Part shown: positions 13,275 through 27,815 of the stretch, piece by piece
Layout: the number at the start of each line of letters is the position of its first letter
Numbering within the stretch: the first letter of the stretch is position 1
Source: Octopus vulgaris
Lineage: Eukaryota
DNA: 64,000 nt
Assembly: GCA_951406725.2 (NCBI GenBank)
Contig: OX597823.1
Location: 106,020,001-106,084,000 of the forward strand
Direction: 5' to 3'
Translations under genes and position numbers: made by a program
Notes under the pieces: model-generated
Told to the model about the DNA's origin: nothing
The model's input: only the letters and a program-made list of their open reading frames with translations
Database searches by the model: none

Positions 13275-15279
13275 AGGGCACCATGAGTTGCGTGATCCCC
13301 TCTTCAGATCCATTAGAATGAAATAACAAATGGTTATTGTGTCTGGTTGGCATTATTCTTGATGTGAACGTATGCCTCTCAATACATTCTTTTTATAGGT
13401 GGTTCCGATAAGGTAGTTATCCGCCCCTGATTAGAACTCTCCCGTATGACATGTACGCATGCTCAGTGACTTGTTTTTACTTTCGCGCACTAACGACTCA
13501 CAGGCTGTATGACCGGTTAATATATCTCCGAAGAAACCGTGCAAATACTGTTGTATATGCAGCAATTATAGAGGGAAGAATGTAAATGGCAAAGTTATTT
13601 CACTTCATAGATACTCTGCAAGCGTCGCTATTTGTCGTAGTTGGCTTCAGAGATCGGGACTTGTGAGGAAAGACTTTGTTTACACTACAAATAGCCATAT
13701 TTGCTCCAAGTTTAGACTTTTTTGACAGGACTGTGTTGGAGTGGGAGTCAGCGCGTGTATGCGAATATGGTTCAGTGGTATTACTTGTCTGGGGGATGGT
13801 ACGGATCAAATAACACTGGTTCATCTTTACTCCGATAACTCCAAAAATGAAGAATTTGGGTACAGATGAACTTCAATCAGCCCCCCACCATGTAAATCAC
13901 ATAATTCTGCACTCGCACAGGTGTGCCAAAAGAAGCTACAAAATGAGCGTGAGAGAAAAGGGGATTGTGTAATAAGATGGGAATGGAATGAGGGGTTAGA
14001 TGGAGGTGAAGAAAGAAGAGGAGATAGACGGGAAGATGATAAAGGATAGGAAATGGAAAAAAGAAGAAAAGAAGATGATGAGGCTGATGAAGAAGGAGAG
14101 GAAGAAGTGAGCGAGTGGCAGTGGTGGTATAGATTTTATTAAATGTTATTCATCATGTCTTTGTGCTTGTTTTTAGCATACTGTCAGAGTACTGGCGTGA
14201 TTTTCTTATCACAGTATTCGTTCCAATAGGCCTCTATTCTTTCCTCTATACTCTTGATACTCTAGTTTCTACATTCACCGCTTCAATTCGTATATTTTTA
14301 AATGGTGAACTACATTTCTCGCTTTACATTTGATCCTACAATTCCTATTTGTAGCCTTATCAAAGGAGATATGTTCTTACTGGTAACCTAGTTCATTTCC
14401 TTGCTTTCTCAGTTGCAAATGACTTTGAGAAACCTATCTGATTGACCGAGTGACTGAATGATTAATCAGAAACTTAATTGGTTAAATAGTTAACCAATTA
14501 CCAAATTAATAATAAAGAAGTGATATAGAACCAGTGCTTATGTGTAATATTGGCTTAATGACACACATGCCGTTATATCAACTGGTTAATGTTCCAACAA
14601 TGGCTTACTGGCATCAGAATATATGCATACTCACACGTATATATATGTATATGTATGCATTAGTATGTCTGTGTGTGTGTCTTTCTGCCTTGTTATCGTA
14701 CTTCGTATTTTTTTTATTATACACGTTTCGCGACGCCCTGTGCCCACATATGCATATATATAGACGTATAGATGGAAGTGTGTACATATAGGTATGTATA
14801 TATGCATATATATATACTATTTATATCATTATATGATTGAACGCCACGCATCCTCTTCCAAGATTTATCTTAATAATTCTGATGCGCACTCTATACGATC
14901 TTTTTACTCTTTCGTTTTTTTCTCTTTCTCTCTCTGATTCTTTTACCTCCTCTTCTCCCACTATTCTATCCTATTACTCAGTAAAACTCTCTCCCTCACT
15001 CCTCCTCCCTTGCTCACGTGGCTCCCACGTGACCATCGGCCATCTTTCTTTCTTCTAACTTGTGTGTCATTCTCTCCGTTGTAGCTGGAACAAGGAAGAC
15101 GTGCTCTTGTTTGTCTCCTGCTCCTGCTTGATTTACGCGTTCGCCACCACAACTTCATTTAGGCTTAGCAGCCCTTCCTGATTATTTTCCCTGTCCTGTT
15201 TGTGTACCCAATTTTCACCCTCCACAAAATCCCAAATTTTATTTAATTTCTTGCGGCAGCATCTGTTTTATCGAAATCG

Positions 15280-15472
15280 TATCTTGTTAAATGCTCGAAA
15301 TACGAGACCAGAAAAACACGCAACAACTGATGAACGGGTGTTGTTTACGTTGTTTGTTTTGTTTTCCATTTATGTCTTTCGTTGATCGAAAGAATAGTCC
15401 ATGTTCCATGTATTCGTGCTTCGTATTTTTTGTTGTACAACGTTTCGTGACGTCCTGTGCCCACATATGTGA
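15280..15472 (+). repeat. Orphan repeat ending gacgtcctgt(g/a)ccc.., abutting TA-rich microsatellite; related pieces at about 14690-14752 and 29165-29325
   Basis: Shared aatgctcgaaa start (15290 and about 29175) and shared 3' end in three copies. Confidence 0.6.
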
Positions 15473-15585
15473 TATATGATTGATTGATTCTAGTTTCAGC
15501 TTATGAGCTGTATGGGGCACCGCCATCTGTATATGTATGTATATGTATATGTATGTATATGTATGTATATGTATATATATATATG

Positions 15586-15639
<54 letters not shown>

Positions 15640-16282
15640 TAGTTATATATATATACCTAGAGATGAAGTATGTACATATATGTATGCATACACGATATGT
15701 ATATACATATATGTACTTATATAACATCTTAAAAATATCTTACACAATTTCAGTCTCTAATTATCTCACAATCACTCTAATTATCTGTCTCCTACTCTAC
15801 TAGTCTCTGTATTAATGCTCCCCCACCGCATCCCACCGCCGCCACACCTTTTACCTTCCCTCTTCAACTACCAAGAAACTTAACAAACGAGAACAAACAA
15901 AGCTCTAAGGTCTGGACCTTTGAGTTTTCTTCAGCTGACACCTATCTTACATTTGTCCCCTTCGATCTCTTGTTGACGCCCCCCCCCCACCAACTACTTT
16001 AATCCCAGTTCTGACATCTCTTCCTCACTCACTCACTCAATCACTCACTCATTCCCTCACTCACTCACTCACTCACTCACTTCACTTCTTCTTTTCCCAC
16101 ATCATTCTCATCATTATCTTTTCTTCTTTTTCCATTCCCTATCCTTTACAATCTTCCCACCTGTCTCCTGTTCTCTCTTCACTTTCATCTGACCCTTCAT
16201 CACACCCCAAGTTATTACACCGTCTCCTTTTCTCCAACTTTCATTTTGTAGCTCCCTTTCTTTTCATCTCTGTTTCTCTGTT

Positions 16283-16333
<51 letters not shown>

Positions 16334-16346
16334 GTCTCTCTGTCTG

Positions 16347-16421
<75 letters not shown>

Positions 16422-16426
16422 GTCTG

Positions 16427-16513
<87 letters not shown>

Positions 16514-16736
16514 TGTTCTCTCTATATTCCTCTTCCTTCTCAAAGTTGCTCTCTTCCTCTTCCTACAGCCCATCGTTCCGCTTCACTTTCAAGTTATCAT
16601 TCTCCCCCTCTCTGCCACCACTTTCTACTACTCTCTTACTTTCTCTCTCTCTCTCTCTCTTTCTCTCCGTCTCTCATTCTGTCTACGTCGCCATCATTTT
16701 CTCTCTATCGTCATCTCGCATACTGTCTCCGCTGCT

Positions 16737-16773
<37 letters not shown>

Positions 16774-17529
16774 GCCATCTTCTTTGTTTCTCCTTCGATA
16801 TTTCTCTTCTACTCTCTTCTCCTCCATCTTCCCCACCTTTCCCTGTTCTCATTTACGTCTTTCTCTCCCCTCTCTCCTTACACATTCAACCTGACCTTCC
16901 CTATCTGCTCTCTGCTTCATCCATTCATCTCTCTCTTCACATTCACAATCTTTTCTACTTCTCAGTCTCTCCGCTCTCTCTCTCTCTCTCTCTTCTTCTT
17001 TCCACTCCTCACCTTCTCTCTCTCTCTTTCTTCCACGTAACATTTCTCTCTCTTTCTTCCTCTCAACATTTCTCCCTCTCTCCCCACGGTGAGCTTTTAT
17101 CACCAATAATCATGTAGACGTTTAATAAAGACGTGTTGTTAAACCATCGTTTTCACACCGCTTTCATTCAGTCTGGGGAACAGTTGACCGTTTTGGTAAC
17201 ATTGATGGTTCCTCTCAGACCAACAACAACCAATCAACATTCTTCTGGCTTTGTCATCCAATCAAATCAGAATCACACGATTTATTTACTTCATTCTGTT
17301 GTTATAGTTATCATCGTTGTTTTTGTTTGTATTTCTTTTCCTGCAGGCGAATGCGTATATATATCCCAAGTGGAGACGAAAGGGCGGTAATGACGGTTTG
17401 CTCATACAACGGCCATGATACACACACATAGACACAGATGCACACACAAACACCATACAGCACACACACACACCATACAGCACACACACACACACACACA
17501 TAAACGTCAGCTCACACACATACACGCTC

Positions 17530-17567
<38 letters not shown>

Positions 17568-17794
17568 GAGATACATATATACATACACTCACATATACAT
17601 ACTCGCATGCACATTCACACATATGCAGATATATATTCCCAATTTGCTACAGTCACACAGTTGTTCATATGCATGCATACACACACATAAACACGTGTAT
17701 ACGGACATGTGCACACACACACACACACACACACATCTATGCATGTACACTTCAACACACACACTTGCCTACATACACACCACGCACAGTCGTG

Positions 17795-17851
<57 letters not shown>

Positions 17852-17989
17852 TAATGCAGACACACGCATTTACACCTGACAAATAGATATACTCTCGCAT
17901 ACACCTACACATTAACATATAGACACCCCACGTACATACCGTCACACATATACACACAATTACGTATATATCCCCTCACACACTCAAGG

Positions 17990-18030
<41 letters not shown>

Positions 18031-18527
18031 TACATCTTCCGCACACATCCACACAAAGTGTAAAGTGACGGTGGAATCGTTTATTTCAGCGATATCGCTT
18101 ACGCCATTCTTTATTCATTTATTCCTTTCATTCTCTCATTCTCTTAATCGCTCACTCATTCATTCAGTCGTTTGTACAAGTGGCTCTACAATGGATTGTC
18201 TGCAAGCCATAGTAAAATTAGTGTTTCTACTGTTGGTATTCAAGGGTGCCTTTTAGAGATTTACGGAATAGCGGAATAATAGAAATGGTTTTTGGCTACG
18301 TCCAAGGTTTTGGCATTAACTACGACAGTTAATGTTACGCGGAGAGAATAAGAATGGATTAGACGTCTCACCTCTCACACTTGTTTACTTAAAGTTATAT
18401 AATACACTGTTGTTATTGTTACTGCTGGTGTTGTTGTTGTTGTTGTTTCAATTAGCATTTGCCTTCAACCGCTTTCACCGCCTTCCTTCTTTTTTGCATA
18501 CGTTTCTAACAATCTCTCTCACTCTGT

Positions 18528-18871
<344 letters not shown>

Positions 18872-18909
18872 GCTACTCAATCTCTCCTCTTTTTCCTTAT
18901 TTTCTACTT

Positions 18910-18948
<39 letters not shown>

Positions 18949-19078
18949 TCTCTGTGTATGCTTCTCCCTTCCCTTCTCTTTCTCTTCTGCTCTCTTTCTC
19001 TATTTACCCGTTGTCTGTGACTATCAGTTTGAATTCTTTAATCAGGATAGCTATGTCTTTGCCGCTTCCTTTCTTTCT

Positions 19079-19138
<60 letters not shown>

Positions 19139-19243
19139 TCCTCCTTCCCTCGTTCCTTCCTTCCTTTCTTGTATTCTTTAGTATAGCATTATCTCCGACT
19201 TTTCGGGAGATAACACTATACTAAACTGTATGTGTGTGTGTGC

Positions 19244-19276
<33 letters not shown>

Positions 19277-19299
19277 CTTGTCCCTTGCAACCTCCTCCA

Positions 19300-19555
19300 G
19301 TTGATCATCCCTAATTTTGCGGTCTCATAAGTGCTGGTGCCACGTAGAAAGCACCGGTACCTGTGATGCGCAAAAGCACCCAATACATTCTGTAAAGCAG
19401 TTGGCGTTAGGAAGGGAATCCAAGCGAAGAAACCGTACCAAAACAGACATGGAGCCTGAACAGACCTTCAGCTGGTCAGTTTCTGTCAAACCGTCCAACC
19501 CATGCCAGCATGGAAAACGGGCGTTAACTGATGATGATGATGATGATGATGATGA
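19300..19555 (+). mobile_element. SINE/non-autonomous retroelement 3' part with (GAT)n tail; decayed minus copy at about 29335-29530
   Basis: ggcgttaggaaggg.atcc...caaaccgtccaacccatgccagcatggaaaacgggcgttaa followed by (tga)n. Confidence 0.65.
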
Positions 19556-19941
19556 TATACATATATGTAAGGGAGATCGGGAAAAAAACACTTTAAAATA
19601 TACTAATTTGCATATTCTATTTTCGTGCCTTTACTCATCTTTGTTTATGGCCAATGATGGATAATGGGAGAAAAGTTACAATCGCAACGACAATTGGCCG
19701 ACATGTGGTTTCTCCAAAGAATCTCTGGAATTACGTTACCCGATAGGATGCGTAGATCTGAGATCATGGAATCTTTCCAAGCCGAGCTACCATTTCTCTT
19801 CATTTAGTAATCACAATTCCTGTACTACGGATATCTGATTGGAATGTCGCATGATTAGATCGCCAGACGGATTCTTCAAGCAAAGCCAACCGACAGATAA
19901 TAGAGGTAGAATAAGAGCGATATGTTTGGATTATATCTATA

Positions 19942-20370
19942 GGCGTAGGAGTGGCTGTGTTCCGGGTTCAGTCGCACTGCGTGGCACCTTGGACAAGTGT
20001 CTTCTACTATAGCTCCGGGCCAACCAAAGCCTTGTGAGTGGAGTTGGTAGACGGAAATTGAAAGAAGCCTGTCGTGTATATGTGTGTGTGTGTGTGTTTG
20101 CGTGTGTTTGTATATGTATATATGTATGTATGTGTGTGTGTATATGTATATATGTATGTATGTGTGTCTGTATTTGTCCCCCAAACATCGCTTGACAACC
20201 GATGCTAGTGTGTTTACGTCCCCGTAACTTAGCGGTTCGGCAAAAGAGACCGATAGAATAAGTACTAGGCTTACAAAGAATAAGTCCTGGGGTCGACTTG
20301 CTCGACTAAAGGCGGTGCTCCAGCATGGCCGCAGTCAAATGACTGAAACAAGTAAAAGAGTAAAAAAGAG
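19942..20370 (+). mobile_element. tRNA-derived SINE family A (CORE-like segment, internal microsatellite)
   Basis: ggcgtaggagtggctgtg...ggttcagtc.cactgcgtggcaccttgg.caagtgtctt...(TG/TA)n...gactgaaacaagtaaaagag tail; small deletion in the head. Confidence 0.9.
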
Positions 20371-21160
20371 TCTCAGTTGGTCACGTCTGGAAATCTCGCG
20401 AGCAAATCTAATGAGCGTTGTTTCTGCTAGGAACCCTATGGAGAAGGTGTCTAACGACTCTACTCCCATGACTCTCCCCAAAATAGTGGGCAGCACACAC
20501 ACACACATTACAGCACAGAAGTGTATCAGCAGTAAATGAAAACCCGTTCGGCAGCGGCGGTTGGATTGCTAAATCAAGATTTCTCTGTCTGCATATCATA
20601 AGTAGTAAGTATCCATAAGCAATCGCTTGTTTTGACAAATTTAGCTTCATCTGATATATTACAAATTTGTTCAGCAAGAAGGGACTGTAACCAGGGCCGC
20701 ACTTATCGTCCATTTTGAAGAAGCCACGGCTATAACAAAGACACGAACAAGATTTGAATTCTTGAGGAGGAAATACTGGCGATACTGTTCAGTGTGGAGT
20801 TTGGATATGATAGATCAACAAAACTTTGAATAGCAAAGGTTATCGTTGAAGGAGTAGATAAAATACAGAAAAAACAGTGCGTTTCACTGGGTTTGTGAGA
20901 GAACTTGCAGCAGTTAGCTGAGCGACCTTTGACCAGATGCGGCCGAGGATGTCTCAGTGAATAAGAAAAGGACTGTCTTTCGATTTGGGAGGAGTTCTTT
21001 TGAGAAAATTACACCCGAACTTTGTAGCAGGTTATCAACTGATCGGGGCTTAATTATTTACAGGTACTGTTGGAAAAAAAAGTCTGAAATCTTGGTGCAG
21101 TCTTCGTGAAGTTAAGGATGTGCCTTGGTCGGGAGAGATCCGCAGTGATGATGATGTTTA

Positions 21161-21386
21161 CGAAATCAGGACAATTTCCCCCACACCTCTTAGGAAAATT
21201 CCCTCCCCCCCCCCATAGGACAATTCCCCACGACGACAACTAACCACTAAGACAATTACCCTTCTTGGTTAATTACTCCCTCTCCAATATATTAAGAAGT
21301 TTTAAATCATCATCTGTTGTCCTCAGGAGTTATTGTCCTTGGGGGATTATTGTCCATGGGGGAGGGGTGTAAATGTCCAAGACTCG
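21161..21386. mobile_element. Foldback/MITE-like element with inverted subterminal motif arrays
   Basis: Left arm has repeated GGACAATT(C/T)CCC-like motifs; right arm has their complements (gg..ttattgtcc, aaatgtcc). Confidence 0.55.
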
Positions 21387-21793
21387 ATATCTAAAACTTC
21401 GAATGATCGTTCGGGCGATGTTTTGAGTTTTATGTTGCTTATCTTTAAGCGGGATAAAGGGTATATTTATTCGAATGTGCTATGATTTATGCACGTGAGT
21501 GTGAGAGAGTGTGCATATATGTGTCGATGTGTGTGTACTGCGTGTGAACGTGTGTGAACATGAATGAGATACGCTGTAGTGAGATGACAAAAATGAGGAT
21601 AAAGATAAAATAAGAAAAGCCGAAAATGTGAACAAATTTCTTATTTTAGAAAATTTCTTTGAAAATCTAGAATCTCAAAAGAAACATCTCAAAACAATCG
21701 TTTAAAGAAAATATTTCAAGAAGTTTAAAAATCACTCAAATTTTCTAGAACAATTAAAAAAGTCTCTCCACAAATCAGACGCCACATGTAGGT

Positions 21794-21944
<151 letters not shown>

Positions 21945-22446
21945 CGACATACCTGTCTGTCTATTTGGCCATTTATCTCGTACATCAATGAATATTTTGA
22001 AACCCCTGCAACTTTTGAAACACATATTCAGAACATTTAAAACTTTTAAAACTTTAAAACTACAAAACTCTGAAGCATTTGGAAAGGTTTTTGAGATTCT
22101 TTAAGACTTTTTGTGAGATTTTTTAAAGATTTTCCGAATTGTAGAAATCTTATGGAAAGTTTTTGAATCTTTTAAAGAATTTTCTTTAAACGCATTTTGA
22201 TACTTTTTTAAATAATTTATAAGGAATTTGCAAAAAGAAAAAAGCTTCCACCTTTTCATGTCTTATGTTTGACTTTTAACTTTCTAAAAATTTATTCAGT
22301 TACAGTAGTTCACACACCTCCTTTATCTTCTTATACACACACACACACACACACACACACATATGTACATCAAAAGGTTGTGCTATAATACTATTCCACA
22401 TATACAAAAACAGTCATAATAACAATCCAACATACCTCCATCAGCA

Positions 22447-22572
<126 letters not shown>

Positions 22573-22687
22573 GTATGTATGAATAATTTGCTTATGTACT
22601 TCCTCCTGTAGCTTCCTAATCACACCTACTAATGGCATTACCCTGTTATCTTACTATATATTAATACACACACGCACATAATATATT

Positions 22688-23056
22688 CTTTTACTCATTT
22701 ATTTGTTTCAGTCATGTGGCTGCTGCCATGCTGGAGCACCGCTTTTAGTCGAACAAATCGAGCCCATGATTTATTCTTTGTAAGCCTAGTACTTACTCTA
22801 TTGGTACCTTTTGCCAAATCGCAAAGTTACGGGGACGTAAACACACCAGCATCGGTTGTCAAGCAATGATGGGTATGACAAATACAGACACATGAATACA
22901 TACGACGGGCTTCTCTCAGTGTCCGACTACCAAATCTACTCACAAGGCTTCGGTCGGCCCGCGGCTATAGTAGGAGACAGTTGCCCAATGTGCCGCGCAA
23001 TGGGACTGAACCCGGAACCATGCGGTTGGAAAGCAAGCTTCTTACCACTCAGACAC
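22688..23056 (-). mobile_element. SINE family A
   Basis: Reverse complement of 19942-20370. Confidence 0.9.
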
Positions 23057-23508
23057 TATATGAGGGTCTTTAACTGACAGTCATCGAGGATTGATTGGCG
23101 TCCACTACGCTCACGATCTTCAAGGCTCAGGTCTCTACTGCAAAATCATTTAAACCATTTTCGAGCTGACCTCTCACTGGTCATTTTCTCACGAAACGAT
23201 TCGCTGATATCGCGAGCAGGTTCAGCTGCTTTACGTGCCTTTTTGAAGTTGAATAATAAAACTGTTCGTATATCGCGCTATGACAGTTCCAGTGGAAAAA
23301 ATATCAATGGTAATTTATTGATGCATTTGGGCAAGTCTATGTCTGTATTATCCGACAATAGCAAAGAAATAAACGTTTAAAAGGACTCAAAACTCTGCAA
23401 AATTCCGGTACAAATTCTTCGTGATTCAAAACACTTCTTACGTTTTATTCAACCTGATACACGTTTTTCCAATTCGGGTGCATTTTGTAACCCCAAAACA
23501 AGTTCTCA

Positions 23509-23548
<40 letters not shown>

Positions 23549-23549
23549 G

Positions 23550-23604
<55 letters not shown>

Positions 23605-23612
23605 GATACATA

Positions 23613-23999
23613 TATACATACTAATACATACACCAACCCTATACATACACACGTCCAGACCCCTCCTACGCACTATTAGCTGGTCCTTCAACCCTATTAT
23701 CAACCCTATTATCAACCCTATTATCTCCCCTTATTTCGCTCTCGCGTCTCATGTTTGATCTTTGACCTCTGGCCGAAATCAGATCGCCATGTTGATTCGT
23801 TAGCTACTGCACGCATTTTTTTCTCTCCTTCTTTCTGTGTTTTTTTTTCTCTGTGTATCTTTCTGTTGAAGAGCGTAGGCTCGAAACGTTAAAGACTTGT
23901 TTTATTTATATTTCCTGAGCGCCATACTAATACAATTGTTCGTTTGTTTTCCACCTGCGTTCGTCTTTTGTCTATTTTCATAAAGCTTCCCGTTATATA
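23613..23999 (+). repeat. 5' pseudo-LTR of the Penelope-like element
   Basis: About 387 bp direct repeat of 28085-28471; by eye about 3 substitutions plus a few homopolymer-length differences; contains (caaccctattat)x3. Confidence 0.95.
23858..23895 (+). ncRNA. Minimal type I hammerhead ribozyme variant in the 5' pLTR
   Basis: TCTTT-CTGTTGA-A-GAGC-GTAG-GCTC-GAAA-CG-TT-AAAGA: stem I 5 bp, stem II 4 bp, palindromic AACGTT stem III; core has U at position 6. Confidence 0.75.
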
Positions 24000-24616
24000 T
24001 TATGCGCTCACGTGGTCTCACTTTCATCCTATATTCTACCAATACCACTATCAACACTTACCTCTACCTTGGATTTTCTTTACCTCTTGGATACTTACCA
24101 TTGGCTGCACCTCTCTTTCGCGGATCAAAGTGACTTTGCATTGATGTGAAATCCTTAAAAAATATACCACGACGTCTACACATTTCTCACCTTGAACTTT
24201 CAACCTTGAACTTGTTCGCATAAACTGTCCCGTTTGTTGTATTTTTATTTTCTCTTATATTACCACTTTTTTTACATTCATTTCATGCTTTCCACATTTT
24301 CCTGCATTTTTGTTCTCCTTTCCGTCTTTCTTCCCTCTCTGGATGTCCATACTCCGTTTCCTCTGCCTGCACCCCCCTTTTTTGCTTCCCCCTCTCTCTG
24401 CTTCCCTTCTTTCTTTCCCTTTTCCGTTTGCCCCGTCTTTTCTGCCCCTATCGCTTACTTATCTAGTTTTTTCATACGATTATTATTTTTTTGTTTTTTT
24501 GAACGTTTGTTTTTTCCCCTTTTTTCGCTATCCTTTTTTTCAATTTTTTTCATACGATAATTTTTGTTTTTTGTTTTTTTTTGTTTTTTCGAACGTTTTT
24601 TTCCCGCTATCCCATC

Positions 24617-27517
24617 ATGCCGGATCCTAGGTCCTACCTCCTCACCCTCCATCACCGTTTGAAGGATCATCTCCGTTCTCTTCCTGTATATTGCCTTCAG
24701 CCGTCCGTTAATCTCTCTCTACTTCTTTTTAAAAAAACCCGCTTCTCTAGCCATGTCCCTTTCCTAAGCCGCTGCCTACATCACCGACTCATCCCTAAAG
24801 GTTTCCGCCTCCACTTCCACCCTGCTCTCCACTCGGATTCTTCCATCTTACCCATACTCCGCACCACATTTTACCGCCTTATGCGGGCCACCATTCGCTC
24901 CAATCTCTCCAAACTACATGCCATCAACCGCCTTCTTCCTCCTGCTTTCTCCACCTTCTTCTCCTCTCTGCCGCCTCTCTATGCTCCAAACACGCTACGC
25001 TTCATTATCCATTTGAATCAACTCTTCCATCAATTTCTTTCTGATACCAAACTTCGTAAACTCCAATCACTCTTCCATTCCACCCTACCCGACGCCACTA
25101 CCCCAACTCCTCCACCACCCTTCTCCCTCCCGATAGGCTCCATCTACCCACACCTAACCCCACTGCCCCTCCCTACAACCCCTTCTCCCCTCCCGATAGG
25201 CTCCCTCCACCTCCACCTAACCCTACTGCCCCGCCCAACCACCCCCACACACCTCCCCAATCCCTCCCCCTCAGACCTCCACGAGACCTACCACCCCTCC
25301 TACTTCTATTCCACCCACCCCTTCTCCACTTCCGTCTGTTGTTACCATTCCCCCCGATCTTCCCCTCTCTGCGGCTGAACGCTCCGTCCTTGGTAGGGGT
25401 CTGCGTTTCATCCCCCTCACTCCATCCTGTAAGGAATTCCAGACGCGAGTTGATGTCCACAGCTTTGTGCGCCGTGTCCGGTTGGGTGCGCATTACCACG
25501 ACTCGCCACCCACACCCAACGAAGAGGACTGCTTCACTGGCCTGGGCCGCCGACCATCCCCGTGGACGCCTGCCCCTGGCCAGATCCTAGCAGTGGATCT
25601 TTTCGCGGGCGCTTGTCAGCGTGCATTGGAGCGGTTCAACTTCTCCAGGCGCCAACGCCGCCTCAACATCTCCCCGGCTGAGCTCTTGGCTCTTCGTTCC
25701 CTCCAACGGCGCGCTGACATTATCATCAAACCGGCTGACAAGGGTGGAGCTGTAGTGGTGTGGCGCGCGGACCTCTATAGGGCCGAGGCTTTCGGCCAAC
25801 TCAATGACACCTCCTTCTATTCCCTCTGCCCTCTAACCCCACACGTAGCTACCAACAGACGGTATCCTCTACTGTCCACGACCTCATCTCGTCCTCCCGT
25901 CTCCCCCGCACCGCATCCAACCTAATTGTGCGAACCCCACGTACCCCCACCATTTACTTCCCCCCCAAAATCCACAAAGCCAACAACCCTGGCCGCCCCA
26001 TCGTCTCCGCCTGTAACTGCCCCACGGAGCTCATCTCTAAATACCTCGACCGTGTCCTTGCCCCCTAGTGGCATCTCTTCCCTCCCACATCCACGATACC
26101 AACCATGCTCTCCGGCTTTTCAACTCTTTCTCCTTTCCTCCCGGCTCCTCCAAAATCCTTTTTACTATGGACATCCAAAGCCTCTATACTGTTATCCCTC
26201 ACCACGAAGGACTGCAGGCCCTTCGACACTTTCTTGACCTCCGCTCTAACCCTGTACCTGACACCTCCACACTCATTCGTCTGGCCGAACTTGTCCTTAC
26301 TCTGAACTGCTTCTCGTTCGCGGGCGAGTTCTACCATCAGGTCTCGGGAGTGGCCATGGGAACGCGAATGGGCCCCAACTATGCGAACCTGTTCGTTGGC
26401 TATGTTGAGGCCCAAATATTCTCTAATTTCACTGGTCCCACTCCTGAACTATATGGTCGTTACATTGACGACATTATCGGTGCCACCTCACTCTCCCGCG
26501 AACATCTAGATTCCTTCCTCTCTTTCGTCCAATCTTTCCATCCAGCCCTCCACTTCACTTCCACTATCTCCAACACCTCTGTCTCCTTCCTCGTCATTTC
26601 GGTTAGCATTCTTCACTCCACTCTTACCACCTCCATTCACTACAAACACACAGACTCACACTCATACCTCAACTTCTCTTCCTCCCACCCAGAACACACC
26701 AAGCTTTCCATTCCCTATTCCCAATTCCTCCGTCTACGTAGGCTCTGTAGTGACGACCATGACTTTGAGACTCAGTCTCAACGTATGGCTCACCACTTCA
26801 CCCTACGTGGATACCCCCTCACCACTATCCACACCGCCCTTGCCAGAGCACGATCCGTGGACCGTGTATCTGCTCTCTCTCCCCGAACCCGCCCTGTAGT
26901 CTCCCGCCTCCCTTTTCCCCTCACTTACCACCCCACGACCCTACGTCTCCAACGCACCATTCTTCGAGCTTTCCGTCATCTCCAGTCCGACCCGTCCACT
27001 TCACACCTCTTCCCTAACCGACCCCTCCCCTCTTTCAAACGAGCCCACAACCTTCGAGATCTTTTGGTCCATAGCTCCTTTCCTGACCCTACCTCCCAAC
27101 CCGGCTCGTTCCCCTGCTCCCGCCCACGTTGCCGCACTTGCCCTTACCTCTCCAACACCACCCGCCTCACTAGCACCCACCATCGACCCTATCCCATCAT
27201 CCACTCCTTCACCTGCACCTCCAGCAATATTATCTATTGCATCTCTTGCTCTCTCTGCAATTCCTTGTACATCGGACAAACGGGACGCCGCTTGGCTGAC
27301 CGGTTCGCGGAACACCTTCGTGACATCCACCTTGCGAACGACACACCGGTCTCACGCCATTTCCGCTCCACCGGTCACTCCTTGCAACACCTATCTGTGT
27401 TCGGTTTGTCCTTACACAGAGGCCATCCGGATTCCCGTTTGCGCCGTGAGCAGGAATTAATCTTCTCTCTTCGCTCTTATACGCCATTTGGTCTCAACTC
27501 TCCCCCTCCTCATCTAA
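24617..27517 (+). pseudogene. PLE polyprotein (N-terminal domain, reverse transcriptase, Cys linker, GIY-YIG endonuclease), frameshifted
   Basis: ATG at 24617 (MPDPRSY...LSRCLHHRLIPKGF). Later segments: ERSVLGRGLRFIP, IIIKPADKGGAVVVW, PKIHKANNPGRPIVS, FTMDIQSLYT, GVAMGTRMGPNYANLF, RYIDD, HYKHTDSHSYL, FPCSRPRCRTC, NIIYCISCSLCNSLYIGQTGRRLADRFAEH, REQELIFSL...GLN. Frame changes at about 25220-25340, 25822 and 26062; probable extra C at about 27503. Confidence 0.93.
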
Positions 27518-27815
27518 CCCCCTCTTCCCCTTCCCTCTGCTCCCTCACTCCCTCTCTCCCCCTCTCCTTCTTTCCTCCTTCCTCCCCCTACTCCCCTTCC
27601 TTCTCCCCTTCTCCCTCCCTCTTCCCCTTCCTCTCTGCTCCCTCACTCCTCTCTCCCCTCCTCCCTCTTTCCTCCTTCATCCCCTCCTCCCCTTCCTTCT
27701 CCCCCCTCTCCTCCCCCTCCTCTCCCCCTCCACTTCTCTCCCCCCTCTTCTCCCCTCCCCCTCTTCTCCTCACTACACCACACGACTTTACACATCACAT
27801 CATATATGATGTGCC

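Noticed and set aside
24000-24616. Retained intron in the PLE 5'UTR (T-rich tracts, a duplication of about 70 bp at 24467-24612)
   Set aside because: Plausible for PLEs, but I cannot identify convincing donor and acceptor sites without transcripts.
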